A stretch of DNA of 24,000 bases from an uncultured Intestinibacillus sp. (lineage in GTDB: Bacteria > Bacillota > Clostridia > Oscillospirales > Butyricicoccaceae), in assembly GCA_964580155.1 (NCBI GenBank), contig CAZOJP010000001.1, positions 57,630-81,629 on the forward strand, in the 5' to 3' direction. The translations under genes and the position numbers were made by a program. The stretch's first letter is position 1, and each line of letters starts with the position of its first letter. Below, piece after piece: positions 23,984-24,000 of this stretch. Below the pieces are notes generated by a model. The model saw only the letters and a program-made list of their open reading frames with translations. It was not told the origin of the DNA and did no database searches.

Positions 23984-24000
23984 ACTTGGGGCAGGCAGGA

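Noticed and set aside
1-24000. Scan for CRISPR repeats, tRNA/rRNA, transposase or integrase genes, and long inverted or direct repeats flanking the 10.7-12.3 kb islet
   Set aside because: I saw none by eye. The islet has no recognisable att-like repeats or mobility gene, so I do not call it a mobile element.

Overview
24-kb chromosomal segment of a high-GC Firmicute, probably a spore-forming Clostridia lineage. That placement is an inference from a T-box leader, the Bacillus-type acpS-ydcC-alr-ndoA gene order, and DUF1540 and YtvI-like genes. I can support 29 coding features, 23 of them on the minus strand; this count includes one frameshifted gene and two small ORFs absent from the ORF track. 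I also support one Leu T-box riboswitch, several intrinsic terminators and a few sigma-A-like promoters. I saw no rRNA, tRNA, CRISPR array, transposase or integrase.

Core content:
- a 5'-truncated SH3b-NlpC/P60 wall hydrolase
- an AI-2E transporter
- T-box-controlled leuA-leuC-leuD-leuB
- a yerC-methyltransferase-hslO operon
- a methyltransferase-acpS-nnrD-lipoprotein-alr-mazF operon
- a TM1266-like small regulator, rubrerythrin, glgB and a DUF1540 protein
- a DUF2461 / DnaQ-like exonuclease / small membrane protein operon
- an AlaR/AlaT-like Lrp regulator plus aminotransferase pair

The part that does not look like housekeeping is 10.7-13.0 kb. It holds an AT-rich islet encoding an XRE-family regulator with an unrecognised C-terminal domain of about 130 aa. 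Convergent to it is an unknown gene broken by a one-base shift in an A8 tract. A well conserved MazF/EndoA toxin follows, with physically no room for the usual upstream MazE/EndoAI antitoxin, and after it an unannotated 52-aa membrane ORF. I propose this as the best candidate for an undescribed or non-canonical toxin-control module, but that is an inference, not a demonstrated system. A second candidate is a monocistronic 300-aa protein with 25 cysteines (1528-2430) of unrecognised family. Everything else is ordinary core metabolism.
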